A stretch of DNA of 35,111 nt, filler included, from an uncultured virus (IMG/VR IMGVR_UViG_2061766007_001136) (Duplodnaviria; Heunggongvirae; Uroviricota; Caudoviricetes). It is 3 parts of one record of this genome, joined end to end, with 100 filler letters (N's around TTAATTAATTAA, not from the genome) between each part and the next. Parts side by side here need not be neighbours in the genome. Positions count along the whole stretch, not along the records: positions 1 to 28,131 come from IMGVR_UViG_2061766007_001136; 2 more parts are not named here. One strand, given 5' to 3'. Below, piece by piece: positions 12,265-22,787 of this stretch. The translations under genes were made by a program, and so were the position numbers. Every line of letters begins with the position of its first letter. Positions within the stretch are counted from its first letter, which is position 1. The notes under the pieces were generated by a model. The model searched no databases and had not been told where the DNA came from. It was given only the letters and a program-made list of their open reading frames with translations.

Positions 12265-12942
12265 CTATGCCTTCCTTCCGAAGCTTCTGCGTCCAGTGCC
12301 GGAAGGCTTCTTTTCAGCCTCCTTCTTGCCGGAACGCCTGTCCTTGAGCCATTGGGAAACGTCTTCCTCGGTAAGACCGTCCTTGTACGTCACCTTGTCA
12401 GCTATTTCAGATTCCTTTTCATACTGCTTGCCCATTTCCTCAGAGTTGTTCACAATTTCTGAAGCTGTAGCATTGTCAGTGAACCTGAAGAAGTTACGGA
12501 CAATCTTTGATTCCTGAATCTTGCCTTCATAGATCTTGTATTCAAACTGAACACGCATCTTCACAGGCATATCGTCGAATTCGGTGAGGACCATGCATTC
12601 CTTTTCCTCCCCGCCTTTGCCGATAGGGAGCATTCTTGGAGTGGGGTCTTGGATTTCCGTTCCTTCACCGAACTCTGCAATAACACAGAGCTTATTGAAG
12701 AGCTTGGCACCAAGGTTTGCAGAACCATCGTTATTAGTAAGCCTCATGGCTTGGAAAATGATCTGCTCCTGACCTTGATGCTCGAACCAGAGATTGAGGA
12801 ATTCGCTTCCGTTCTGGGTTTTATCCACAATAACGGATTTGATTACAATTTCATAAATGCCAGATTTGCTAATGTACGCACCTCCGTCACCAGAGTAGTC
12901 GCGTACAGTTTCCTCGTCAGTCTTAACTGTGAAAAAACCCAT
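12265..12942 (-). CDS. Probable phage single-stranded DNA-binding protein
   Basis: 225 aa with an SSB-like start (YISKSGIYEIVIKSV), adjacent to Sak4 and nuclease genes, AAGGAG RBS. Confidence 0.6.
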   Translation of the reverse strand: MGFFTVKTDEETVRDYSGDGGAYISKSGIYEIVIKSVIVDKTQNGSEFLNLWFEHQGQEQIIFQAMRLTNNDGSANLGAKLFNKLCVIAEFGEGTEIQDPTPRMLPIGKGGEEKECMVLTEFDDMPVKMRVQFEYKIYEGKIQESKIVRNFFRFTDNATASEIVNNSEEMGKQYEKESEIADKVTYKDGLTEEDVSQWLKDRRSGKKEAEKKPSGTGRRSFGRKA

Positions 12943-12968
12943 TTTTTAGCTCCTTTCTTAATTGTTTA

Positions 12969-13247
12969 TTAAGCTTCTTCAGAAGCTTCCATTTCAGCCT
13001 TGGACTTGCGACCAGGCTTAGTCTTGAAGTTGCGGGTAAGCTTGGGACCATAGCCCTTGATGATGCGGATAGCCTTGTAGAAGGTATCGTTGAGGTCCTT
13101 GGAAGAGACAGAGAACTGATTGTTACCGCCAAATGTGATGGCAACCATCTTGGCAGAGGGATCAACGGAAATGTTCACATCGTTGGCATTGAAGCCAGCA
13201 GCTTCAGCAGTGGCCTTGGCACGCTTTTCAAAAATGTCGAGACGCAT
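12969..13247 (-). CDS. Hypothetical basic protein (MRLDIFEKRAK...)
   Basis: 92-aa ORF. The variant copy at 13676-13876 differs mostly at synonymous positions. Confidence 0.75.
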   Translation of the reverse strand: MRLDIFEKRAKATAEAAGFNANDVNISVDPSAKMVAITFGGNNQFSVSSKDLNDTFYKAIRIIKGYGPKLTRNFKTKPGRKSKAEMEASEEA

Positions 13248-13272
13248 ATTAAATGCTCCATTNNNNNNNNNN

Positions 13273-13876
13273 AGCAGAGCCGTCATTGTTGGTAAGCCTC
13301 ATGGCTTGGAAAATGATCTGCTCCTGACCCTGATGCTCGAACCAGAGATTGAGGAACTCGCTTCCGTTCTGGGTTTTATCCACAATAACGGATTTAATAA
13401 CAATGTCGTAGATGCCAGATTTGCTAATGTACGCACCACCATCGCCTGAATAGTCGCGTACAGTCTCTTCGTCAGTCTTAACTGTGAAAAAACCCATGTT
13501 ATGCTCCTTTAGTAATCAGTTTTTCTAAGCTTCTTCAGAAGCTTCCATTTCAGCCTTGGACTTGCGACCAGGCTTGGTCTTGAAGTTGCGGGTAAGCTTG
13601 GGNNNNNNNNNNCAGATGCTCCATTTTTCTGCTACCTGTGTAGACTCTTTGATTTTGTCTAGGTANNNNNNNNNNGCCATAGCCCTTGATGATGCGGATA
13701 GCCTTGTAGAAGGTGTCCTTCAGATCCTTGGCACTGACAGAGAACTGGTTGGAACCGGAGAGAACAACGGCAACCATCTTGGCAGAGGGATCAACGGAAA
13801 TGGTAACTTCGTTGGCATTGAAGCCAGCAGCTTCAGCAGTAGCCTTGGCACGCTTTTCAAAAATGTCGAGACGCAT
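13273..13876 (-). repeat. Strain-variant duplicate fragments of the SSB, hypothetical and Sak4 genes
   Basis: Near-identical proteins to 12723-13247 and the Sak4 C-terminus, each piece bounded by short N runs. Confidence 0.8.
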
Positions 13877-13877
13877 A

Positions 13878-14540
13878 TTAAATGCTCCATTTTTCTGCTA
13901 CCTGTGTAGACTCTTTGATTTTGTCTAGGTAGGTTTGAAGGTTGAAGTTGTCGGCACTTTCCTTGTCAGGCATATCGGAGATGAGAGTTCGACTCAGATT
14001 CGTGCCTCTGTGGGTAACTATCCTCTTATTGCCAACTATGTCAATATTAATCGCATAGTCTACAGTGGATAGGAAACCTCCTGTCTTGGCAAACGATCCC
14101 TTGCATGTCTCAATGAATTTCTTGGCATCGACATCCCATACGGCATGGGCAATCAGAACCAGATTGAAGCCCGATTCCTGCATGGAGTTGAGAGCATCGA
14201 GGAAAGTGTTGATTTCCTTGTTGACGTTGCTCCACACGTCATAGCCATGAAACCGTTTTGAACAGCTTGCTTCGATGTCGGTGAATATGCGGCTTACCGA
14301 ATCGAAGCAGATCGTGTCGGGCAAGCTTTTAAACTTCTCCTCGTAAGCTGTCAACTTGTCCTGCACCAAATCCAGCAGATCGTCTATCTTCGTGTACTCA
14401 GGCACGTTGACATGAGGCATAGGCAGAGAGAAAGGCTTACCATCCCTAGATATAACAAAAGCATTCTTTAAACTTTTTAATAGAGTAGTTTTACCAGTGT
14501 TTGGTAATCCAGCTATGAGAATCTTAGCACCAGTAGCCAT
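13878..14540 (-). CDS. Sak4-like AAA_24 ATPase / ssDNA-annealing protein
   Basis: Walker A GLPNTGKTT, Walker B ICFDSVS, LVLIAH motif; 220 aa; flanked by SSB and nuclease genes. Confidence 0.8.
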   Translation of the reverse strand: MATGAKILIAGLPNTGKTTLLKSLKNAFVISRDGKPFSLPMPHVNVPEYTKIDDLLDLVQDKLTAYEEKFKSLPDTICFDSVSRIFTDIEASCSKRFHGYDVWSNVNKEINTFLDALNSMQESGFNLVLIAHAVWDVDAKKFIETCKGSFAKTGGFLSTVDYAINIDIVGNKRIVTHRGTNLSRTLISDMPDKESADNFNLQTYLDKIKESTQVAEKWSI

Positions 14541-14738
14541 CTATTTCTCCTTTTTATACTCTTCTAATTCTTCTAAAATAACTTGTATCCAATCCCCCTC
14601 AGTAACATCTTTGCAGGCTTTGTAATAGGGACATTTCTTTAATTCTAAATAAGTGGCAGGACATCTAGTAGAGAAACTTGCATCCAGCTTAGAATATTCT
14701 TTGCAGTCATTAGCAAAGGTTTGAATAATATTAGTCAT
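14541..14738 (-). CDS. Small Cys-rich protein
   Basis: 65 aa with C...C...CPY..C; abuts or overlaps neighbouring genes. Confidence 0.7.
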   Translation of the reverse strand: MTNIIQTFANDCKEYSKLDASFSTRCPATYLELKKCPYYKACKDVTEGDWIQVILEELEEYKKEK

Positions 14739-15513
14739 TTTTCAAATCCATAGATTTAAAAATCAAGTAGGCTAACTCAGGTTTCTGTTTCACCGCTAGG
14801 ATAGATTCCCCAATTAGCCTCAGCGTATCGCTGATAAGCTTTTCAGCCACATAGTCTATGTCTTCTGTAACTACATAGCACCTAGCAGAAAGCTTCTTTG
14901 TAGGCTTTACACCATACACCAGTCGGATACGGTTTATCTCGTATCCAAGCTTTCTAAGAGCATAGGCATATGCTAAAAGCTGAATCTTATAGGCAAATGG
15001 AATGGCATTTTCATTAGGCTTGGTTCCTACAGTCTTGAAATCAACTACGCAGTCTCCTTCAATCCTGTCACATGTACCAGCAACATAGATGCCATCCATA
15101 ACCTTAGCTACTACCTTCTTTTCTGTCTCAAGAACTCCACCATGAGAGTTTGCAGGAAGAAGGTATTGATTAACCACAGTAGCTGAAACTAATGGATAAT
15201 CTAGCATAACCTGAGTAGCATCTACATCAGGATTAGGACACATCATCATATAGTCAGCTAAGTCATTGTTAATCTTTTCTTTAGTGACTTCCTTGCCTTT
15301 AGTGACCATCTCATAGATGTAATGGCAGATAGTGCCTGTCACAGTAGCAGTGCTTCCTTCAAACTTAGGAGCATTGCCTAAATAGCAATCATTATACCAA
15401 ATCTTAGGCAAGCTAAAGAATTTGTCTATCTGACTAGGACTGATTGCATGAATGCAGTCATCAGGAAGTTCTGGACGTTCGTACTGAAACATTTCAGGAA
15501 TCTGTTTTTCCAT
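14731..15513 (-). CDS. PD-(D/E)XK (RecB/Cas4-like) exonuclease
   Basis: ISPSQ, GTICH, GTCDRI, VVDFKT and QLLAYAY motifs. Confidence 0.85.
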   Translation of the reverse strand: MEKQIPEMFQYERPELPDDCIHAISPSQIDKFFSLPKIWYNDCYLGNAPKFEGSTATVTGTICHYIYEMVTKGKEVTKEKINNDLADYMMMCPNPDVDATQVMLDYPLVSATVVNQYLLPANSHGGVLETEKKVVAKVMDGIYVAGTCDRIEGDCVVDFKTVGTKPNENAIPFAYKIQLLAYAYALRKLGYEINRIRLVYGVKPTKKLSARCYVVTEDIDYVAEKLISDTLRLIGESILAVKQKPELAYLIFKSMDLKND

Positions 15514-15715
15514 TTTTTAACTTCTCCTGTAGCTTAGTTATTTGAAGTTTAAGATCATTAATAAAATTAACTAGATCTCCTACTTCATGTTTCTGCATAA
15601 AAAAGGATGAATCATCCTCTACAGTACGATTAAACCATGTTATCATTTCATCCCAAACTATTTCACCATAATTAATACTTCTTGTAATTTCATCTGTAAT
15701 CATTAATTCCTCCAA
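15494..15715 (-). CDS. Hypothetical protein
   Basis: 73-aa ORF overlapping both neighbours, GGAGG RBS. Confidence 0.65.
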   Translation of the reverse strand: MEELMITDEITRSINYGEIVWDEMITWFNRTVEDDSSFFMQKHEVGDLVNFINDLKLQITKLQEKLKNGKTDS

Positions 15716-16182
15716 AAATAATGGTTAAGATTTTCTACAGGAACACCATTCTCAAGTCTCCATATCTGCTGATTGGTTATTCTGCTCTGCAGACCTCCTA
15801 GATCTTTTCTGTAGGCACCCCACTTGAGGTACTTCAGAAGCCTCAGATCGAGGGTTTCCTTGAGAGTGTCGAACTCCTGGCCAGAGTACAGCGCACATGG
15901 CATTTCTAGGGCCGTGGATGCCCCTAGAATCGATTTCATGAGGTCTGACGGACTCCAGTCACCCCCCATGAAAAGAACGCAGGAGAAGCCATTCTGGAGC
16001 GTTCTGAGGGCATCCCAGTCAACCGTGTCCAGATCCCTTCCCCAGCCCTTCGAGTTCACGTCCCAGAGATAGGGACTGTGGCATCCTTCGCAGTGCTGCG
16101 GGCATCCTAAGATGGAAAATCCCAAACTTAGTTCGTTTGGGATTTCATTAGGGAGGATCTGATAATTCAGATATCTAAGCAT
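15703..16182 (-). CDS. nrdG: Anaerobic ribonucleotide reductase activase (radical SAM)
   Basis: GCPQHCEGCHS CxxxCxxC, FMGGDW, GGL..TNQ; next to nrdD. Confidence 0.92.
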   Translation of the reverse strand: MLRYLNYQILPNEIPNELSLGFSILGCPQHCEGCHSPYLWDVNSKGWGRDLDTVDWDALRTLQNGFSCVLFMGGDWSPSDLMKSILGASTALEMPCALYSGQEFDTLKETLDLRLLKYLKWGAYRKDLGGLQSRITNQQIWRLENGVPVENLNHYFWRN

Positions 16183-16394
16183 TAGCTAAATATTTTCTTT
16201 ATGAATTTCATAATACAACCATCTTTAGGTTTAGGAAGTAAACTTACTAAATAGTTATGCTGTTCCATCATCATTTTATTCATCCATATATAATTTTTTA
16301 AATGATCAGGAATAACATCTTTTTCATAAACAACGTAATCTACATTATTTACAGGTTTTATTTGTCTATCAAACACGCTTCCCAGACGTGACAT
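16182..16394 (-). CDS. Hypothetical protein (MSRLGSV...)
   Basis: GGAGG upstream of the ATG at 16394; stop overlaps the nrdG start. Confidence 0.6.
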   Translation of the reverse strand: MSRLGSVFDRQIKPVNNVDYVVYEKDVIPDHLKNYIWMNKMMMEQHNYLVSLLPKPKDGCIMKFIKKIFS

Positions 16395-17735
16395 GATAGT
16401 ACCTCCTATGTTCTTCCTGTTGTCTCTCTGTAGAAAAGTTAGATACACGTCTAAGATAACCTATGACACGAGTAGCGTAGTCAACATCCTTGCTTCCACA
16501 CTTCACACATTGGTTACGAGTTTGCTTATCTATGTAGCCACATTCATTGCAAATAGTAACCTTTACGTTAGTACAGAAGTAAGGACATCCTGTTTGTACA
16601 GCTACATCTAAGATTTTCTTAAAAGTCTGAGGAGTAGGATAATCTTCTAAGTTAAGGTGTAAAGCAGAGCCACCGTCAAGGTAACGGGTAGTAGTAAACC
16701 CATGCAGATTAAACTTATCAATAATAGTAAGAGATTCGTTTTCCACAGGATAAAAATAACTGTTATAGCAGTCACGCTTAACAACATAATTATCTTTCTT
16801 GTCCCAGTTAGCAAACTTTACTCCTAAGCTTTCTGCAGGAACACATTCAGTATTCAGCTTGATGCCATACTTCTTGCTAGTCTCTTTGTTCTGATCAGAG
16901 ATACATTTCAAAACAAAGCTTACAAAGCTAGTGTATTCTTTATTGTTGCTAGGTTCATAGCCTAGGAACTCAGCACCTTCCAACAATCCGTTAATGCCTA
17001 TAGTAGCATACTGCTTATTCAACTCTATGTAATGAGCAGAATAGGCAGGAAGCAACCCTTGTTCTTCAAATTCCTTGAAGAGCATTCTGAATCCCATTTG
17101 ATAGCAATGCATCAGCTTTATCTGAGCCTTTAGACGATACTCAAGATATGCAAAGTCAGCTTCAGAACCATTCCAAGTACCTCCATTGAGACGGAAGGTA
17201 TCTTGTATGAATCTATTAAGATTTAATGTCATGACATTAATAGAACCTGTCATGACACCACCAGCACCTAAGGAATAGCTAAAGTCATTTATCTGATCAG
17301 TAATGACATTCTTAAGTCTACAACAAGAACTAAGACTGTCTGCTGTATCAGATGAATAAATAAAGAAGCTATTCCCTTCACTGATTTCATTGCATATAAA
17401 AGATTCATAGTCTTTGTCTATAAGTTCTGTACCATCATGAAGAACAGATACTGTGACTACTGGGAAGGTTAAGAGGGCTTTTGTTCGTTCTTGATTGAAC
17501 CAATGCATAAAGTATCGTTGCAACTGGTCAAGCGATTTCCAAGTTGGTTTACTTCCATCTGGAAAGGTGAAATTTCCAAAGAGGGCATTGAAATAGTTTT
17601 CATCAAAGATGGAAATGTTCCAAAAAGGAGACTGGTAGTTACGGGCAGAGGCAGGTTGATTAAGAGCGTAGACAACTTGCTGTAGTTCTTGCTCGATAAC
17701 GCCTCTATGAGTTCTGAGATAATCTTCTCCATAAT
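16369..17735 (-). CDS. nrdD: Class III anaerobic ribonucleoside-triphosphate reductase (5' part in gap)
   Basis: TFPV, SSCCRL, VPAES, LDGGS, CNECG...CVKCG Zn site, and the TRVIGYL glycyl-radical loop. Confidence 0.95.
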
Positions 17736-18282
17736 NNNNNNNNNNNNNNNNNNNNNNNNNNNNNNNNNNNNNNNNNNNNNNNNNNNNNNNNNNNNNNNNN
17801 NNNNNNNNNNNNNNNNNNNNNNNNNNNNNNNNNNNNNNNNNNNNNNNNNNNNNNNNNNNNNNNNNNNNNNNNNNNNNNNNNNNNNNNNNNNNNNNNNNNN
17901 NNNNNNNNNNNNNNNNNNNNNNNNNNNNNNNNNNNNNNNNNNNNNNNNNNNNNNNNNNNNNNNNNNNNNNNNNNNNNNNNNNNNNNNNNNNNNNNNNNNN
18001 NNNNNNNNNNNNNNNNNNNNNNNNNNNNNNNNNNNNNNNNNNNNNNNNNNNNNNNNNNNNNNNNNNNNNNNNNNNNNNNNNNNNNNNNNNNNNNNNNNNN
18101 NNNNNNNNNNNNNNNNNNNNNNNNNNNNNNNNNNNNNNNNNNNNNNNNNNNNNNNNNNNNNNNNNNNNNNNNNNNNNNNNNNNNNNNNNNNNNNNNNNNN
18201 NNNNNNNNNNNNNNNNNNNNNNNNNNNNNNNNNNNNNNNNNNNNNNNNNNNNNNNNNNNNNNNNNNNNNNNNNNNNNNNNNN

Positions 18283-18654
18283 ACCCTTATGGATATAAGC
18301 TATCTGCATGGAGTTGTTTGTGACTATCACGCCAACATCTCCTCGATAAGTTTCATCGATAGTTCCTAGATGCACTGAAAGTCCTCGGGTAGCCAATCCG
18401 CTTCTACCTCTGACAATGCCCTCAAACCCATGTGGAATCTCCACTGCTATGCCTGTCTTAACAATTGCTGTCTCATGCGGATACAATGCTACTTCCATGT
18501 CTGCATACATATCCATGCAGGCATCATCTTTTCTAGAATACTTGAAAGGTATAGCTGTGCTAGTAAGTTTCTTAAATTTAACATCAATAGCCATAATAGT
18601 AAGATCACATAGATCTCTTCCAAGACCATGCTTTAAGCCAGCAAGAACAATCAT
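18283..18654 (-). CDS. dut: Trimeric dUTPase (3' end in gap)
   Basis: ACMDM, GRSGLA and GTIDETYRGDVGV motifs; AAGGAG RBS before 18654 (alternative start 18594). Confidence 0.9.
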
Positions 18655-18718
18655 AGCAACTCCTTTTAGGTTTGAGAAACGGGTGTCAGGCTATCCTCAG
18701 AAAACCCCCATGTCTAGG

Positions 18719-19776
18719 CTATTCGCAGATTTCCTCTGCTTTCTGCATTGCCTCTGCAATCTCCTCGACAGAGGCTCCGTTGGCTATGGGAACAGTATCG
18801 AACCAGTTTAGACCTACCTCTCCTTCTGCCTGATTATGAACAATAATATCCTTAAGAAAATCCTTTGTCAGAAGAGGTATGATAGTATCGTTTACCCATT
18901 TCACTAGCTCAGGATCTTTACGGACATGGATATAGATGCTGTCATAAATTGAAGACACTATTTCTATGTCCTGTTCCAATCCTTTCTCTTGAATCAGAGA
19001 ATTCATCTTGTTGATGACTAGGATAGTCAGAATAGACCAGAATTGAGAACAGGCATTGAAGAGAGTTCGTATTTCCTTCTCTGGTTCAGAAGTATTTAGA
19101 AAGCATCCTAGACCTAAGTGTATTCTTTTATGCTTCTTAGCTGTCTTTAAAACCTTCTCTCGCATATCGGATATTTGAACATACAGTTCATTATGATAGC
19201 GATCAAAGATNNNNNNNNNNNNNNNNNNNNNNNNNNNNNNNNNNNNNNNNNNNNNNNTCTAATAGCCTTTAATTTTTTGTTACCATTCTCTACTTCTTGG
19301 TGATATCTTTTAATATACTCATTAAATGACTCACTATCTTTCCTAGGAAGAATAGCTTCTACTTCATCTTTAAAGTAGACATAACTGTTGAGGCAATGTC
19401 CATCAATTCCATCCAGAAAGATGGAGCATTTATTTCTATCACGACTAAGATTAGCAATGACTCTATCTTCAAGAGCACTAAGATCGACCATATAAAACAG
19501 CCAGTCTTTATCAGCTTTGAGACATCTTTTGACTGCTTTGGCATAAATCGAACCAGTAGCAGGCATATTAAGCATATTTGGGCTATTACTAGTAAGTCGG
19601 AAAGATTTTGCACCAAAAAGTTTGTAACTTCCGTAGAGTCTTCCATTGATTGTATACTTATAGAAAGCTTCTATGAAGTTATTACGAATAATAGCTGCAC
19701 TGCTATAATCTAACAGTGCAGCTACTACTTTCTTAACTTCTTGTAAGTCTTCTATAGACATCTCTTCTAGAGACAT
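18719..19776 (-). CDS. polA: Family A DNA polymerase, catalytic (palm/fingers) fragment
   Basis: [13 protein letters not shown], motif [10 protein letters not shown], motif C SIYDSI. The frame change coincides with the N gap at 19211-19257. Confidence 0.88.
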
Positions 19777-19779
19777 CTA

Positions 19780-20025
19780 TCACCTCTTCTTAATATTAAG
19801 TTTAGATAACCAATGATGTCTAACATGATCTGTTAATTCCGTTATAAATGCTTTACATATATCACGTTCATATTCATGCATATAACTAAAATCTACTGTG
19901 TCCTTTAAAATATCATATACATAATCTATTTTAATATTATGGTCATTAATTGAACAGAGTAAAGTACCAGCACTTTTATGTGTTTCTCTATCATCTGCTA
20001 AATTATATACTTTTAATTCTGTCAT
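19780..20025 (-). CDS. Hypothetical protein
   Basis: 81-aa ORF with GGAGG RBS, tightly packed. Confidence 0.65.
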   Translation of the reverse strand: MTELKVYNLADDRETHKSAGTLLCSINDHNIKIDYVYDILKDTVDFSYMHEYERDICKAFITELTDHVRHHWLSKLNIKKR

Positions 20026-20490
20026 TTATTCCTCCATATTATCAGCTAATGTAGCATAACCAATAATATCAGCTAAATTATCATGCTTATGTTTATTTTC
20101 TTCTCTAGCAATCTTAAAGAGAATCATAAGCATAGCTACATCATGACCTGTAAGATATGCACCTCTAAGAAATTCATAGGGTAAATCTTCTTCATGTGCA
20201 GACTTATCAATCTTATCACGTTTATGACAGAGATAGGCATTCCAGTAGTCAGCTATACGCTTAAAGCTAGCATTAGCTTCACCATAGTCTGACCTTCTGT
20301 CTCCACCAAGAATCTTCTCTACTTCCTCAAGAATTGGATACGGTTTCTTCTTAACAGACTGTTCATCTATATCTTCACACATATACTTATTACCTGGACA
20401 ACCATATCCATATTTCATAAGCATTTCTTTAACTTTTTGAGGATCACAATCATTAACTTTAATATCAGGTTTATTATGTATGTATGCCAT
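20026..20490 (-). CDS. DUF6378-like phage protein
   Basis: DRRSDYGE..SFKRIADYWNAYL...DVAMLMILFKIAR...DNLADIIGYA. Confidence 0.75.
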   Translation of the reverse strand: MAYIHNKPDIKVNDCDPQKVKEMLMKYGYGCPGNKYMCEDIDEQSVKKKPYPILEEVEKILGGDRRSDYGEANASFKRIADYWNAYLCHKRDKIDKSAHEEDLPYEFLRGAYLTGHDVAMLMILFKIAREENKHKHDNLADIIGYATLADNMEE

Positions 20491-20881
20491 CTTTCTTAGG
20501 TTCCTTCTTAATAAAGTCTTCTAACCACTCTTTAGTTAATCCTTCTAACATTTTAAGAGCATTAGAAGTACTATTTTGGATATGTTCATTATTTACTATA
20601 GCAGGTATAAGATACATAGCTGCTATAGTTTTAGAATTAGGTACAAAAGTATGAATTAATACACTACAAATAATACATGTAATAGCAAGTTTTAAGCATC
20701 GTAATAATTTTTTTAATATTTTTTCATCTTCTTCTGTTGCACAACTTTCAGCTTTACCTATTATCCAAAAGAACAGAAAAGCACCACCAGCTAAGCTACT
20801 TAAAAATATAATTGCTTGACTTAATGCATCTATTTTATCCACAAGACTTATAAAATAAATTTCTAATGGACTAATAGTCAT
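20474..20881 (-). CDS. Membrane protein with two hydrophobic segments (MTISPLEIY...)
   Basis: TAATG overlap with the upstream gene; FVPNSKTIAAMYLIP motif. Confidence 0.7.
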   Translation of the reverse strand: MTISPLEIYFISLVDKIDALSQAIIFLSSLAGGAFLFFWIIGKAESCATEEDEKILKKLLRCLKLAITCIICSVLIHTFVPNSKTIAAMYLIPAIVNNEHIQNSTSNALKMLEGLTKEWLEDFIKKEPKKDGIHT

Positions 20882-21793
20882 TAGGCTACTCCGAGTACTT
20901 GNNNNNNNNNNNNNNNNNNNTCCTTCGAGAGAATCAATAAATAAATTGCTGTCAGTGTATCCATTACTAGATCTACGACGAGGCTCACAATGAGAAATGT
21001 AATCGCTGATAGCACTAATATACCCAAAAGCAGTGCCTTTGTAGTTAGCGAGATCATTCTTATTGTTGTAGATCCTAACGATTTCATTCCTGACTTCAGC
21101 ATTCCAAGTAATCGTTCTATCACTGTCATCATCCTTATCAACTATGATGGTGTCAACCAACTTCTGAATGCTCATATCAACCTTAGTATTAATCATAAGA
21201 TCAATATTAGCACTCAGTTCCTCAGTATAAGTATGAGTGCTAGCGATAGCCTTCTGAATTTCTGCAAGCTTCATTTCAACTTCACCAACATGAGTGATGC
21301 TGTACTTGAAAGTAGCAGTACGCATCATCATATTCAGTTGGTTCATACAGAACATTCTAATGGGACAAATAATAAAACGGATACCTGATTTGCCATCATG
21401 TCCATGTAAGAAAGTAAGATAGAAATCAACGAGATCTCCATGCCTGTCAATATCGATTTGTTCTGTAGACTTTCCGACAACAAAGACTTTCTTTCCGTTA
21501 TCGAACATTCCAACCTTTTCGAGATTGAAATTTGGAAGCTCGTCAATAAAGTTAAAAGCTTCAAGATTCGAGACGATCTTGTATTTACTGGGACTAACTG
21601 TACCGAGGAAATCATGAGTATCACTCCTATAATTAGCAACAAGCTTAGGAACTTCGCCATAATCAGTATACAGAGGCTTCTGTTCGATAGTCCAGTTCAG
21701 CCCAGTAGCATCAAAGATGGTTTCAATACGGTTATCAGGAAGATCATGAGGAACCACAGTACCAGCACGTTCCATAAGGCTAAGGCCACCCAT
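20881..21793 (-). CDS. DUF932 / TIGR03299-like protein
   Basis: GLNW, YKIVSNLEAF, HGHDG, PIRMFCMNQL and GTAFGYISAISDYISH motifs; ends QVLGVA* after a short gap. Confidence 0.85.
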
Positions 21794-22556
21794 TAGTTGT
21801 CTCCTTTACTCTCAATGAGAGTATCTAAATATTTATTGAGTTGTTCCAATGCAGCCCTATTCCATTGAGGACTGCCTTTAGCTGTCTCAGAATCAGACTC
21901 TATGCCTAGCATAGAAAAGAATTCTTGCTTCTGAAGATTGCTTCCAGGATTAAAAGAAAGCTTAGCTTTCTTTTCTATTAATTTTTGTTCTAAAGCATAT
22001 CTTTTAGAATCATTATAAATAGCTAATTTTCTNNNNNNNNNNNNNNNNNNNNNNNNNNNNNNNNNNNNNNNNNNNNNNNNNNNNNNNNNNNNNNNNNNNN
22101 NNNGATTTGATTACACATACGAAGATCTTTGATAGACCATTCATCCATGATCATTTCATCATGACCATTTTTTCTAAGCCAATAATTAACTACTGCTGAT
22201 CTATGAGCTTTCTTTTTAANNNNNNNNNNNNNNNNNNNNNNNNNNNNNNNNNNNNNNNNNNNNNNTTTTAATTCTTTATAAGCTTCAGAAGAATCGCTAT
22301 GAAATTTAGATTCTAGATACTGCTGTATAAATTTATTTTCTTTAAGAATATCTTTAATATTCTTTAAGACATTATTAACAGTATCTTCTACTTCTTTAAC
22401 TTTATCAAGATTTATAGGAATACCTGTAGTCTCTAGCTTAATCACATCAGGAATAAGCTTACTGACTACATTATTATAAAAATAGGTATCATCAGGCCAA
22501 GGTTCAGTAGACTCTAACGGTCTTTCTATAGGTAGAAGATCTAGTGGATTATTCAT
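21793..22556 (-). CDS. polA: Family A DNA polymerase, middle (linker/thumb) fragment
   Basis: KLETTGIPINLDKV and, past the gap, FNPGSNLQKQEFFSMLGIESDSETAKGSPQWNRAALEQL...KGDN*. The TAA overlaps the DUF932 ATG. Confidence 0.8.
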
Positions 22557-22596
22557 TTTCGTCAGGGTTTTGAGAACACNNNNNNNNNNNNNNNNN

Positions 22597-22787
22597 CTAT
22601 GATTTTCTTCACCAATCAGTTCTTCTATAACCATTTCCCACATCCTAGGTGTCATCTTATGACATGTATTTTCCTTGAAAGGACATTTGCCTACTTTGTC
22701 TATGAAACAGTCAGTTTTCCTGTCTCTGCAATCTAAGCAGATATGATGAAGAACATTAGCTAAAGCTACTTTATCAGTTAATAGCAT
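22597..22787 (-). CDS. Small Cys-rich protein (3' end at gap)
   Basis: CLDC...C...KCPF...C; similar to 14541-14738. Confidence 0.65.

Noticed and set aside
11223..12517. Short ORFs over the tRNA/ncRNA region
   Set aside because: Shadow ORFs overlapping tRNAs, hairpins or the SSB antisense strand.
12723..13930. Apparent tandem duplication of SSB and neighbouring genes
   Set aside because: Partial copies bounded by short N runs with mostly synonymous differences: co-assembled strain variants.
16369..18654. dUTPase-NrdD fusion (761-aa ORF)
   Set aside because: Joined only through ~550 Ns, which could hide a stop and a start.
18661..18725. Possible sixth periodic element between polA and dut
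   Set aside because: Has CCTCAGAA/TCTAGG words but could not be aligned convincingly to the other copies by eye.
19147..19260. Fourth PolA split or programmed frameshift
   Set aside because: The frame change coincides with an N gap of estimated length; the same applies to frame changes in both RNAP genes.
20474..21793. DUF932-membrane protein fusion (439-aa ORF)
   Set aside because: Read-through of an N gap; a TAATG stop/start at 20881 separates the two genes.
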